In this document: in pieces, positions 1 through 11,300 of the stretch
Layout of the letters: every line of letters starts with the position of its first letter
How positions within the stretch are numbered: the first letter of the stretch is position 1
From: Schizochytrium sp. TIO01
Lineage: Eukaryota > Protista > Bigyra: Labyrinthulomycetes
Length of the DNA stretch: 64,000 bases
Direction of reading: 5' to 3'
NCBI GenBank assembly: GCA_004764695.1
Contig: SMSO01000035.1
Coordinates: forward strand, 2,542,001-2,606,000
Notes under the pieces: generated by a model
Database searches by the model: none
Told to the model about the DNA's origin: nothing
Seen by the model: only the letters and a program-made list of their open reading frames with translations
Position numbers and translations under genes: made by a program

Positions 1-380
1 ATTTGTCCGGATGCGAGAAAAATATTTTTAAATTAAAAGAGAATCAAAAATTTTACAAGGTTTCTTAGTTCTATATTGACGAAGTAGGGAACTACCAGGG
101 AAAGGGACTCTTCTCCCCCTCCCCATTTTGTTTCTATACTAGGGACCTTCGTTTATCTGGAAAGGACAGAACAAATGAAACATGATGGAGGAGGCTCAGT
201 GAAACACACTGCACAGCATCAACAAAACAAGCAACACGCATCTCAATGCATTTTCTTGCTATTGACGATGAAAAGCTCCCGCATCTGCCCGTCATATACT
301 GTTTCCTTTGATTTGAAACAGATGTTTTGAAGCAGCAATGAAAAAAGCAGTGTCTGCACAGAAGCGGTAAAAGAAAGCAA

Positions 381-2242
381 TCACAAGGGGATATTGTTGC
401 TTCGAGCAATTTCGTAAAACGCACCAATGTTGGGAGGTCCTTGTGATAAGATTGCAAACACTTGCTCCATCGCACGGCCCATGGCAGCGCCGTCAGAATC
501 AGAGCTTGGACGAGCAGTTTCGGCCAAGCGCATTGTCACAGAAACAAGCTCATAATAAGCGCCAGGGCCCATATCAAAAAGAGCCCAATATGGACGAGAG
601 CTTGTTGCGTATGAGCCATTTCTCAAGCCGAATTGGTCTGCAAGGTGGGTGTTAATTTGCCCAAGAGACGCAACGATAGGCATCGAAGACGACTCCAGAA
701 CATTGCGATTGTGCTCCAAGTAATAGGCGAGACAGTGTAGGCCTAACATCCCATTCGGGCCCAGGAAGCTCTTGTCTTGAAGGGGATTTTCTTTGGTAAA
801 TCCAAGCAGGCGCCATTGAGGGCCAGAACGCTCGAATGACTCCTGGGGAAAACATGATTTCCAACTTGTCTGTAACAAATCAACGTGCTCGCGGTTGTCA
901 CTATCAAAAGTCTCCCTCATCTTACGTGAAATACTATCAAGTGCACCTTTTTGTTGAGTGTTTGGTGTTGTTTCCCTGTTCCCAGCGTAGGTCATTGCAG
1001 CCTGCCCTGCCTTTTTCAAAAAACCAAAGGTATTTTTACCAAAAGAGCTATTCGAGAAAGCGCCACTTGTCAGTCCACTAAAGTAGCTTGCTGCTTTACT
1101 TGCGCCACTACCGCTCCAACTACCTGCGCCACTACCACTACTACTATTGACATCTCCCGTCATCGAGGATGCACCGCCACGAAATTCGTCGTGTTGTTGC
1201 TGCTGTCGCTTTCGCGCTACAGCAGCACGCCGAGAGCGCTCACCATCAGAAGACGAGTAAGATGATGATCCCGATGAAGATGAAGATGAAGATTCTGACC
1301 CAGAATCACCTTCGTCTTCATCACCGGAGGTCGCACTGAAGGGATCTTCTTCTCCAAAACTTAAATTCTGTTCTTGTGCGGCCGAGGAGCTGTTGCTGCT
1401 CCCGAAGAAGGCATCAAAGTCTTCGTGTCCATCTGACACAGGAGGAGGCGGTGGTGTCAAATCACGTTCTGCGATTGCCGGGGGTGTTGTGCGAACGGCG
1501 GGGGGCTCTTCTTGGCGATTGCTGAAAAAGTCGAATTCTCCCTCTTCACCAGCAGGTACACCATCGTCAAAATCACCAAATTCGTCATCGTCAAAGTCAT
1601 CCTCATGAACTGTCTCCGAGTCATCATCATAATTAATAGGCAGGGCCCGGATGTGCGGGGGTCCACCGGTGGGACTTCTTGGCGCCTCATCATCTGGTTG
1701 CAGTAAATCTTGCCACACTACTGCTCCGCTGTCTAAAACCACTCTGGCACGAAAGTGAAACTCGCCATTCTCTGATATATTTTAACACCGTGGCATGACG
1801 ACATTCATTTGCAAGTTCGTTCGGATTCCCATTGACACCATAAAATACGTTTTCCATCATCGTTTTGGTATTTGAATATCACCATCTTTTACGTTAGTCT
1901 GATCATGCTCTCAAAGTCCCTAATTTCCAATTCGACCCCCTTTGTGTTGTGCGACCATTGTAGTCATTTTCTCGTAACACATCATCTGTTGTGCATATCA
2001 TTGAGACCGCCAGGCCCGCGTTGTTCTTCGCTTTCTCCTTTGTTTATCCGTCTCGAGGACATATTCTTCACCATAGCGTTGAACTCACCAGGGAAGCTCT
2101 GCCGCAAGTTCGCAAGCGTGAGACTGCCTCCATCAAGCCTGAAAGCTGCAACTTCTCGCCAGCTATCCACATCTCGTAGTTTATGAACCGGCGAAGACCG
2201 CACAGGGTCGTGCGCAGAGCACACCTCATACAGCACAATCAT
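381..2242 (-). CDS. Two-exon DIX-like + acidic linker + ELMO-domain protein (about 514 aa); exons complement 2089..2242 and 381..1771
   Basis: ATG at 2242 (MIVLYEV...AFRLDGGSLTLANLRQSFP). Donor G|GTGAGT at 2089/2088 and acceptor ATATCAG| at 1772/1771 join in phase 1 to give SFP-E-NGEFHFRARVVLDSGAVVWQDLL...HIRALPI, a DIX-like pattern. The C-terminal EHVDLLQTSW...WRLLGFTKENP...GMLGLHCLAYY resembles ELMO/CED-12. Confidence 0.8.
1772..2088 (-). other. Spliceosomal GT-AG intron (317 bp) in the DIX-ELMO gene
   Basis: GTGAGT donor and CAG acceptor; removal fuses ORFs 1982..2251 and 381..1742 in frame and restores a continuous DIX-like motif. Confidence 0.8.
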
Positions 2243-2855
2243 CTCCAGCAATTCACAACTTTGTTCCCAATCTGCTCCACGTCCTCTTCAGCTCGAGCGC
2301 CGAGCTTTTCGTTAACACTATGAACTGTTTATCATACTACGTGCAACTAAGAGGAAAACAGACTATCTTCGATACTGTGCACAGTTTCTTTTGTTTCACT
2401 TGTCTTCTCTATACCGTATATTAGTGTCAGGGTACTTACTATGCGTTAAAGAGGAGAACAATGAGATAAAGGAGCAATGGGCTGCGCATAGTGGAGTGCT
2501 AAAGACCCTCTTAGGCGTTTCGGGAGCTGTGCAAGGTAAGACGAAGGATTAAAACTATATAGGAGCAGCCTAGGTCCAAGAAAAGAACTTTGGGAAGTTA
2601 TCGGCGCTGGCCAATGAGCGAGCGAAGGAGGCCGAGTGGCAAGCGAGCGAGCGTTATACGCCGACTGGAAAGTCGCTCAGGGTGGTGGGTGGCGAGGGCG
2701 GAGAACCAGTGAGTAGGCAATTCCACGCGCCAAACCTGCGTCAAGACGCGTGGCTGGGGTTAACGTCACGTGGAAGACGCATAGGATACGAGTCCAAAGC
2801 GTGGTCTTGGATACTGTGAATCGTCTGTTGAAATTTGGAGAAAGCTGCACACGCC
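2243..2855. promoter_or_regulatory. Probable bidirectional promoter between the DIX-ELMO and DDX49 genes
   Basis: Head-to-head start codons about 610 bp apart; CCAAT (about 2611), E2F-like GCGCCAAA (about 2727) and CACGTG (about 2767); phased TA steps at 2489-2571. Confidence 0.5.
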
Positions 2856-4955
2856 ATGGCCACGATGAAATCGCCTGCGCCTAGGACCCCCAGGGCCAAG
2901 CTTGGAGAAGCCAAAAAGCGCAAGCGTGTGGCTAGTAGCGCTAAGACGGAGAAACGGAAGGCCAAAAAGATCACTGTTGAGAGTGAAAGCGATGATGATG
3001 ATGATCATGATGTGGAATTTACATCGTCTAAATCTATGAAGCGAGGAATTGAGGATGAAGACAAAATCTTGAAGCAGAAACGCGAGCTTGCTTCTGATGA
3101 CAGCGACGACAACTCGGAGAATGACAGCGACGAGGATAACGACGACGACGAGATTTTGGTTCAAGATCAAGATCAAAATGATGACGAAATTGACAGCGAG
3201 GAGGAGGAGGACAGCGAGGAGGTGGATGAAGAGCAGATCCAAGTGCCTGTCAAGAGCTCACGCAAGAAGCAAGAAGAACAACAAGATGAAGACAGTGAGT
3301 CTTCTTCAAGCGACGACGAGGACGATGATGACGATGGTTCTCCTGCTGGTGGGAAGGGGCCGGTTTCATTATTTTCAAAACGACCCAAGTCCAAGAAGGA
3401 CTTTGATGCAGAAGCGCAAGCGAAACGAGCAGCCAAGGCTGAGAGTGCCAGAAAAAAGAAGGCAGCTAGGGCTCAGGTTGTTGAAAAGCGAATTATTGAT
3501 GAGGATGAGGAAAAGCCTGACCATGATGACGACGCTTGGACGTTTGAGGGCCTCGGGATCAGTGAATGGCTTGCGAGCACTTGTTTTCAACTTGGTATGA
3601 TTGTCCCAACAGCTGTGCAGCGAGCTTGCATTCCTGCGACGCTCGCCGGCAAAAACATCATTGGCAGCGCTCCCACAGGAAGTGGTAAAACTGCTGCATT
3701 TGCACTGCCAATTCTCAACTCACTCGCTCAAGATATGTACGGAGTTTATGCAGTAGTCCTGACGCCAACCCGTGAGCTTGCGTTTCAGATTGGAGATCAG
3801 TTCAACGCTTTGGGTGCCCCGATTCAGCTTCGATGCTGTGTCGTTGTAGGTGGTACGAACCAGGTCGAAGAAGCCACTGCTCTTTCTCGCCGGCCTCACG
3901 TGGTGGTAGCGACACCTGGCCGTCTTGGTGCACACTTACGCAGCGCGATTCCACCTAAACTCAATCATGTGGCGTACGTGGTTCTTGATGAAGCAGATCG
4001 TCTCATGGATCCTGGATTTGCTCGGGATCTTGGAACTTTGTTTAAAGCTGTTCCGAAAGAACGTCAAACTCTATTATACTCTGCTACGATCAACGAAGCA
4101 CTCGTGCAGATTAAGCAATCTACTGAGGGTACACGAGGTCTCTTCGAGTTCGCGGTTTCCAGGCGAGAGTCTACGCCTGAGGGACTTGACCAGCGCTACG
4201 TTCTTGCGCCACAACAGGTTAAGTTAGCGTACCTTGCATATCTTTTGAGACGTCTCGGTCCTCTGCTTACAGAGGGTCCTCTTCGCCCTGGCTCAGAACT
4301 CATGAAGAAGAAGAAACTCAACCGCTCACGAGCTTCTATGGCAGGTGCTGATGGAACTGATCGCGACGCGAGTTTGCACAAGGTGACCTCTCGTTCAGAG
4401 CCCGGCTTTGAGCGTGATCGTGCTAAGCTGCTTGTGGTCTTTGTGTCTTCCTGCCAAGCCTGCCAGACTGTGGGCCAGACCTTGCTGGAGCTAGGTGTTT
4501 CGTGCTCAATCTTGCATTCAGGATTATCCCAGCCGCAGCGTTTGGCTGCACTCGGCAAGTTTAGGCAGCGCACTACATCCGTTTTGGTCGCTACCGACGT
4601 TGCTTCGCGTGGTCTTGATATTCCGCAAGTTGACCTCGTTATCAATTATGATGTACCTCGTACTCCGGAAGATTATATTCATCGTGTGGGTCGTACTGCA
4701 CGTGCTGGCCGGTCGGGTTTGTCTGTAACTCTCGTGACACAGTATGAGGTGAAGCTTGTGCTAGCAGTCGAGGAGCATACTGGTATCAAAATGAAGCTGC
4801 TGCCGGATATCGATGAGGAGAAGGACATTCTCGTGCTCCTGAGCCGTGTCACAAAGGCCAATAAGATGGCCCGTCTCCGTATTGCGGATAGTGGGATTGA
4901 TGACGAGATCAGGGCACGTCGTCAGCAGCGCCGCCGTCGTCCAGCCGAACAATAA
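2856..4955 (+). CDS. DDX49: DEAD-box RNA helicase, DDX49/Dbp8 family, with long acidic/basic N-terminal extension
   Basis: Motifs PTAVQ, APTGSGKTAAF, LTPTRELAFQI, ATPGRL, DEAD, SAT, ATDVASRGLDIP, YIHRVGRTARAGR. The contexts LAQDMYGVYAVVL and LSRRPHVVVATPGRL are Dbp8/DDX49-like. First ATG (gccATGG) is at 2856; the ORF track starts at TTG 2835. Confidence 0.9.
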   Translation: MATMKSPAPRTPRAKLGEAKKRKRVASSAKTEKRKAKKITVESESDDDDDHDVEFTSSKSMKRGIEDEDKILKQKRELASDDSDDNSENDSDEDNDDDEILVQDQDQNDDEIDSEEEEDSEEVDEEQIQVPVKSSRKKQEEQQDEDSESSSSDDEDDDDDGSPAGGKGPVSLFSKRPKSKKDFDAEAQAKRAAKAESARKKKAARAQVVEKRIIDEDEEKPDHDDDAWTFEGLGISEWLASTCFQLGMIVPTAVQRACIPATLAGKNIIGSAPTGSGKTAAFALPILNSLAQDMYGVYAVVLTPTRELAFQIGDQFNALGAPIQLRCCVVVGGTNQVEEATALSRRPHVVVATPGRLGAHLRSAIPPKLNHVAYVVLDEADRLMDPGFARDLGTLFKAVPKERQTLLYSATINEALVQIKQSTEGTRGLFEFAVSRRESTPEGLDQRYVLAPQQVKLAYLAYLLRRLGPLLTEGPLRPGSELMKKKKLNRSRASMAGADGTDRDASLHKVTSRSEPGFERDRAKLLVVFVSSCQACQTVGQTLLELGVSCSILHSGLSQPQRLAALGKFRQRTTSVLVATDVASRGLDIPQVDLVINYDVPRTPEDYIHRVGRTARAGRSGLSVTLVTQYEVKLVLAVEEHTGIKMKLLPDIDEEKDILVLLSRVTKANKMARLRIADSGIDDEIRARRQQRRRRPAEQ

Positions 4956-7130
4956 AATCCTCTGCAGATGCCCAATTTTCCTTTAATATAAACTCTTTGA
5001 ATTAGCTGGTTAGCATCATGTGGTCATATGATCAATTAGTGTCATAATTTGGACTTCTTCGTACTCTTGGCCGTTGTAGCTATTTTATAACGCTCAAATT
5101 AAAAAAAGGATCAGTAGACAATGTGACGTCAAGGTCGTGGTCAAAAAGGGGGGTACATAGCGGCCTAAATTTTACAGTTCGAGTGTAGCCTGCATTTGCT
5201 GGTGAAATTCCCACCTTGGTTAGTCCCAGAACTTCCGAGGTGCTGCACCTAACCCTGACTCAGGTCCTCTTCAGCCTCGGCCCGAAGTATTTGTGTCTTG
5301 TTCACCTTTCGCACAGCAGCACTGCGTCGTAGGCGTCGACGTTTCCTTCTTTGTATAATCAATTTAGGTTATCTTCCGCTTCTATACATTTGGAGCACCT
5401 TGATAGTATCTTTCTGTTTTCGCCCTTGAAATCTTGCTGATCTGATTGCATGGCTTTTTTGATAGACCAAGCTCATACGTGAGTGCCAGTCTCGTTGGCG
5501 ATTCTTCTCTCGCTGTTAATGCTGGCTTCTAAGAAGTCATTTCCGCTGCAGCCTGAGGCCATCTCGTGTCGCGCTCATCGCACATTCCAGCACACTTGCT
5601 TGGTTCTGTGCAATTTAGCACTGTGCGTACCATCCATTTCCGAACTGTCCGCCAATCGAGTCCTGCCATTCGGATTGTGGTCGTGGATTCCACATTTTAT
5701 CCAGCCGGTCACTCGGACAACAGGTAGGTAGCCATAACTCAATTATAGAGCTTGGCGTGAAAATCTCCCCTGGCTCGATGTGGATTTCCTCGCAGGCGTT
5801 GTGATAAGCCTGGTCAGCGATCCTGATGACAATGAACCGGTGGATCGTCGACGCATCCTCCTCGGTCCTCGGGGTCATTTCAACGTAGATGGGTGCACCA
5901 AGGTAATGGTCTGGCGCAATCCAGGTTGTCTGCACTCCGCAGCCGCTGGAGATAGACGCAGACTGGCATGGTACCTACCTATAACCAACATCTCGCGATG
6001 ATTTTGGCAATCCGAATTCCACAACTATTCCTATTCTTTTCATATGGATGGATCTTTATCTTGTTACATAATTCCACTAACCGCTGGTGGAAGAGATCAA
6101 ATGTTTTCTAAAAAATGTTTTTCGCCAGAGGAAAAATATTAAAAGATAAAAACTCTCGGAGGATCATATCGTATAGTATGACTCAGATCAAAAAAACAAC
6201 TCGAAATGAAAATAACTCTTTGCGAGTCTCTTTTCCTTTGCACTCACTCTAGAGAAAAGGGGGGAGGAGGCCCACACTTGGCATCGCAATGGCCGCATAT
6301 TCCGTGGAACCCATCCCAAGACGGGCAGCGGCCCATACAGCCATGCAGGAAGGAGGCTGGCCGGCGAGCTAATTATTTAGTTAGCAGTTGGCTGGTGAGT
6401 TTCCTTGCCCTTGAGCCTGACTGAGCCCGTGTTCTAAACCAACGGCCCGCAAATTCCCGCAGAATGCTAGCTAGACTTTGAAAGAAAAGACCCCATCGTA
6501 CCCGGGAGGCTCTCTCTCCCCCCTTTCCTGCGGATCGTGTATGTACTAGGTCCTGTAGTACATTTATGATTTTGAAGTGGCGCTTCCCAAGATACACATA
6601 GGTAGGCAGATAGGTGAAGGAGAGCAAGCACTACGAGGAGCTCGGGGTGTCTTCTTGCTCGGCAGCAGCTTTCACCTCAGGAAGGCGACTAGGCACCGTT
6701 ATCCTGAGAAGGAAGTAAAAGTTTGCTTCGACCGTGGAACTTCTTCCTTTCAAGGAACAGGCCTTCAAAACCTCGAAATTCTGGGTGTGAATAGAGCGGT
6801 TGAGCAGCCGAGTTCATCTGCAGCCTCACCACAGAAGTTCGCTGAGCATCGATAGCTTCGACGACTCAAATCAAAATCAGACAAAGGCTGATGCTGATTC
6901 CTGCCTGAGCTTGCTCTGCTGCCTTGGCGAAAAGTCATCGCTCTAGGTTCTCTCGACTTCGTATCTTCGCTCTCCATTGAGCCGGTCCCTGGTCTTCAAA
7001 AAGGGAAGCAAGCCAACAGGCACTACGATCATACTTTTTTGAGGTTCCTGGCACTACGGCCAGAGATGACGAAGGCAATGACGACGGCGACGATTTCGAA
7101 GGCGGTATTCATTAGCCATCCGCCCTCCTC

Positions 7131-7211
7131 TTGATCTTGATCTTAATCAAGGTCATCGATCTTGATCTGATCTTTATCAAGATCATTGATCTTGATCTGA
7201 TCTTAATCAAG
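7131..7211. repeat. 30-bp GATC-rich tandem repeat, about 2.7 copies
   Basis: tcttaatcaaggtcatcgatcttgatctga / tctttatcaagatcattgatcttgatctga / tcttaatcaag. Confidence 0.85.
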
Positions 7212-7648
7212 CTCGCGAAGCCAAAGAACTGTTTTATGTCTCGCTCTTCATTGTCTTCGTAAGTCCAGGAAGGCAGCGTATTCGTGCTCGCGCGTCGGGC
7301 AACCACCAGAACCTCGGCCTTTGAAGTTGGTCTTGAAGACGATCGAAGAGCCCACGGTCCCCGTCTTCATCTTCCTTGCCCATGCAATCTCTAGAGTTCT
7401 TCTGCAATTTCCTGGCTGTGCCGACGCGCCGACCAGATAGGCGTCTGTCAGGACCTGATCCCCTCTGTCTTCGAAGCAGAAGCCGCCTTGCTCCACCACG
7501 GCGGCGTCGTTGGAGCTGTAGGTGCCTTTGTCGAAGGCGTCGTCGCCCTCCGGTGTTCAGTCAGCCCTGGGTCCTCGAGCCCGCGCGAAGAGTTCTGCCA
7601 GCCGCTAGCTAGCTCGCCACAGCCCGTTCGCTTTTGGCTCGTAGGTAG

Positions 7649-7682
7649 GTATGTATGTATGTATGTATGTATGTATGTATGT
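7649..7682. repeat. (TATG)n microsatellite
   Basis: Directly visible. Confidence 0.95.
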
Positions 7683-7858
7683 GCACAGCGAAAGGAAGCC
7701 TGAACTGCGCGGAAGACTTGACTTCTTCATCTCCAGGATTTGAAAACTTGGGTTTTGAATTTCGTCCGACGCAGCGCGACTTTCAAATCGAAGACGGCTT
7801 TATCAGGGCCTGAAGACCTCGTCGGACATAGCGCGCGGATTTCAAATCGATCCCTGTG

Positions 7859-7874
7859 TAGAGAGAGAGAGATA

Positions 7875-7906
<32 letters not shown>

Positions 7907-7925
7907 TACAGAGATACAGAGATAG
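7859..7925. repeat. (GA)n/(GATA)n compound microsatellite
   Basis: Directly visible. Confidence 0.9.
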
Positions 7926-8328
7926 GTAGGTACCTAGCTTCCTTCCTATACTCAGCATCCCTGAGGAATGGAAAAGAGTTGCCTTACAACTTGAATGCGG
8001 CGAATGAAGCAGAGGCATCGCCAGTGGAGACAGTGGGAGTTGGTCTTGATTGGGGTCCGACTTTCGAACACGTCGGTTCTGCGGTTCCTGGGCTTTTGAA
8101 AGCCCAGGCTGGCTAGGTAGTTCCTGCTGCTGATTCAATTAATACTCGATGAGCCATAGATCAGCGTTGGCAGCGACCTCGAAAGCTATTTGCTTGTGGC
8201 GCTTATGGATTCACGCTCGTAATTCTGCGGCCACGAGCGGGGTTGTCAAGGTGGCCTGATGGCTGGAGTGCTTCGCGACGACTATTTGCTCCTTCTTCTT
8301 CTTCTTCTGCTTCTGCTTTCAATAGACT

Positions 8329-8377
8329 AATTCAATTCAATTCAATTCAATTCAATTCAATTCAATTCAATTCAATT
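8329..8377. repeat. (AATTC)n microsatellite
   Basis: Directly visible. Confidence 0.95.
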
Positions 8378-11300
8378 TATACTTTACCTAAAACATGCAG
8401 CCTACGCACACTCAAGAAAGAGACCGATTGGCAAGGCATTATTTATTCTTCTTGCGTGATCCAGCCATCATCCCGCTAACTCAATTGCACGTACCTATCA
8501 AGTTGGCGCGAGACTGGCACGAGTCAAGACCTAAAAGGACAAAAAGGGAGCAGCAGACGCGCTCAGCGCAACGTTGGCCAAGCAAAGACCCTCCTACTGC
8601 ACTGTATACACTCAACGAAGATTTACTGAGTTACCGCCTTAAGACGGTGGCAAGGCGAAAGCTTCTGAAGGATTCGTAACGTACGTACCTACTAAGTTAA
8701 GTTACTTGAGCCATCGTGAACAACCATTGATTGCTTTAATTGTAGTGTCGGTGCCACCTTCACTCACTCTCCCTCCACATGTAGGTATGTGCTCGGCTAC
8801 AGCGAACAGAATTCCGCACGAAGAGGAAATCTCTTCCTCTTTTTTAAATAAATAGAAAGCAGTTTCTGCATAAAATGAAGAAAGAAGAGAGAAAAAAAGA
8901 AGGAAACTGAATGCGGTAATTATATTGAAGGGTTCAAAAGGTCATTTGGGACCGCAGGTGGGAAAGTGGGTGCTCAAAAAAATAGACAGCCCAGTACTAA
9001 GGCAGAGTTACTTAATATCAGCGCGTAAACCGCAAGAGCAACGTGTCGTATTATTTATGCTTTATGCTGCGGCTTGGTCGTGGCTACACACAGAGCCATA
9101 CGCGCGACCTCTGAGTGCGAAATGTCTTTTGCTTGAACAACTCTTGACTGATGGTGAGTGGGTGAGCTGGCCGCAGCACGTGGCGCAACGAACTATGTAT
9201 TTTTGTATATCAAATGTTGATCTTTGTGGCCATTGGGTATGATGAAGGAAGGGAGGGATCTTCTCGTCCAATCAATGACGATTTGGCTTTGATAAACGCA
9301 AGCGTGAATCCATACACTCGAGACTCTTGGCTAGATGGCATAAAAACCGCGAGTTCTTCGTGCAAAGTAACAATGTATGGTTTTTAATTGTCTCGAACCG
9401 TCACAATATCATGAACTGGAGCAAACACATGTTGAACCCGATCAGGACCTTTTCGGGCGGCTCCATTGTGTGATTGCCGGCTCCTTCGAACCCTCATAAA
9501 AATACCATTCCAAAACGTAACCTGCCATCGTGACTTATTCATTTAATCTAGAATTTGGCCAATCTCCTATTTTATCTACAATTTTACATTCCTCCATGCC
9601 ATTTCAATGACTCTTTGCCTGCCACATTTACATTGCATTTTGAGGGTGCTGTGGAATTCAACGCTATTGAGAGTTCGCCTTTAAAAATCAGCACCTTTTT
9701 CTGAATGTAGTAAGAATAGGGACCACATGTCAAATGCATCGCACGCAACCTTACCAAAGTCATGCCATGGGCGGGCGTTGCGCACATTTCCAGCTCATAA
9801 ACTCATGGAATGTTTGCTAATCGCTTTTTTCATTTTTCATTGTCACTACATGAGGTACTGGTGGATCTCCATTTTGGACTTCCTCCACCTTCGTGGCGGC
9901 TCCTGCTATTCTTTATTTTTTTAGAGGATGCAAATCATAATACGTATCTCCTCCACTTGTTCATCCTAAACAGTCAGATCTTGTCTCCAAAGGCTACAGG
10001 AGTCGGTCGGTCGCACGCAGCGCAGCTGACTCCACTACAATCAGGCAGTCAGGCGCAACATGCAAACGAGCGCTAAGAAGCGCTTCATTTAGCGCTTCAT
10101 ATTAATTAAAATGTTTTTTTTTTTTTTTAATTAAAAAGAAATAATTTATTTTGACTTAAATTTGACTTCATATTTTTAATTTTTTTTTAAAAAAATATTA
10201 TTATTATAGTTATATTATTAATTATTAAATAAATAGTTCAACATTGAAAGAAGAAGAAATAGTAATGATAATTTTTTTGTGATTATGATCATTTTTTGTA
10301 TAATTGAAAAAAAGAAAGAAAAAAAAGAGTAAAAAAAAGAAAAAGAAAAAAAAAGTGCCGCGTTCTTAAGAAAGTCATTAGTTCACAACTAGGAGTATAC
10401 AGATGTCCATCCGGAGCCTCTCGCAACGGCCGTAAGCATCCGTCTGATCAGTGGGTTGCGTAAAATGGCATTCGAATTGTTTAATTGGCGCGGGACTTAG
10501 ACAACAGAGCAGGCTCGCGTTTCTCACACCAGGACCGCGTTGCTCTTCTGTCTAAAGCCTCAAGACAGGCATTCACCTCGGTAATAAATTTCCGCGATAC
10601 CTTGGCTTATAAAGAGATATGACCGGCGTGGAGCCTGTTCTTGAAATATCTTCAACACACACTGAAAGGGTATTCTTACCAGTATATGATGCGGTCATGA
10701 TTCTATTTTGAATGAAAATTAACAGATAAAAAATTGATTTCCAGTTTTAAGAACAAAATATTTTACTAAAATAAATCACTTTTAATGGCCTGTTTTGGGC
10801 CCCTACTGATAGCAGGAGGTAGGTAGAAGTCGTACACAAAAGCTTTTCACGGCAGGCAATTGTGCGAGGGATTTCAAGCTATCGGGTTGCTCAGCACCTT
10901 TTAGACTCGTTCTCTACTCTTTCAGGCGGTTCTTCTTGGCAGATAGAGACAACCATAGGTGCTAAATTCGTGCAGGTAGTCAAAATGCACAGTTTCTCTA
11001 ATGAAAAGCAATAACAAATACTTCGAAAGGGTGGGAAGATTCTCTGGGGTGATCTCTAGCAGCACAATTGCATTGTTTCGTCTGGTAAGATCTTGGCATT
11101 GCAAAGGTCTGAAAAGATTGCTTTCATTCAATGTAGGTGAGTAGGTGATGGTGACAACTTGAAGCCTTACCTATGCGGAATAGATATGGGCGGAGGCAAG
11201 GTTGTCGAGAATCCTTCTTCAAGAGCCTCATCTCAGCGTTCGCAATAACCAAGTAGGAAAAAGGTTCCAATAAACGCAATCGTTGCAATGGTCAATTCAA

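Noticed and set aside
5250-6000. Coding-looking minus-strand segment (ORF 5615..5935 and broken continuation)
   Set aside because: May be a decayed gene or transposon, but has stops, frameshifts and no identifiable motif.
9060-10020. Stop-riddled coding-like minus-strand sequence (similar at about 10900-11700, 40600-41000 and 45900-46450)
   Set aside because: No family could be recognised by eye; needs a translated search.
10069-10096. Near-palindrome AGCGCTAA-GAAGCGCTTC-AT-TTAGCGCT, and CCCGGAATTCCGGG near 35000
   Set aside because: Short, single-copy, no matching partner end or target-site duplication.
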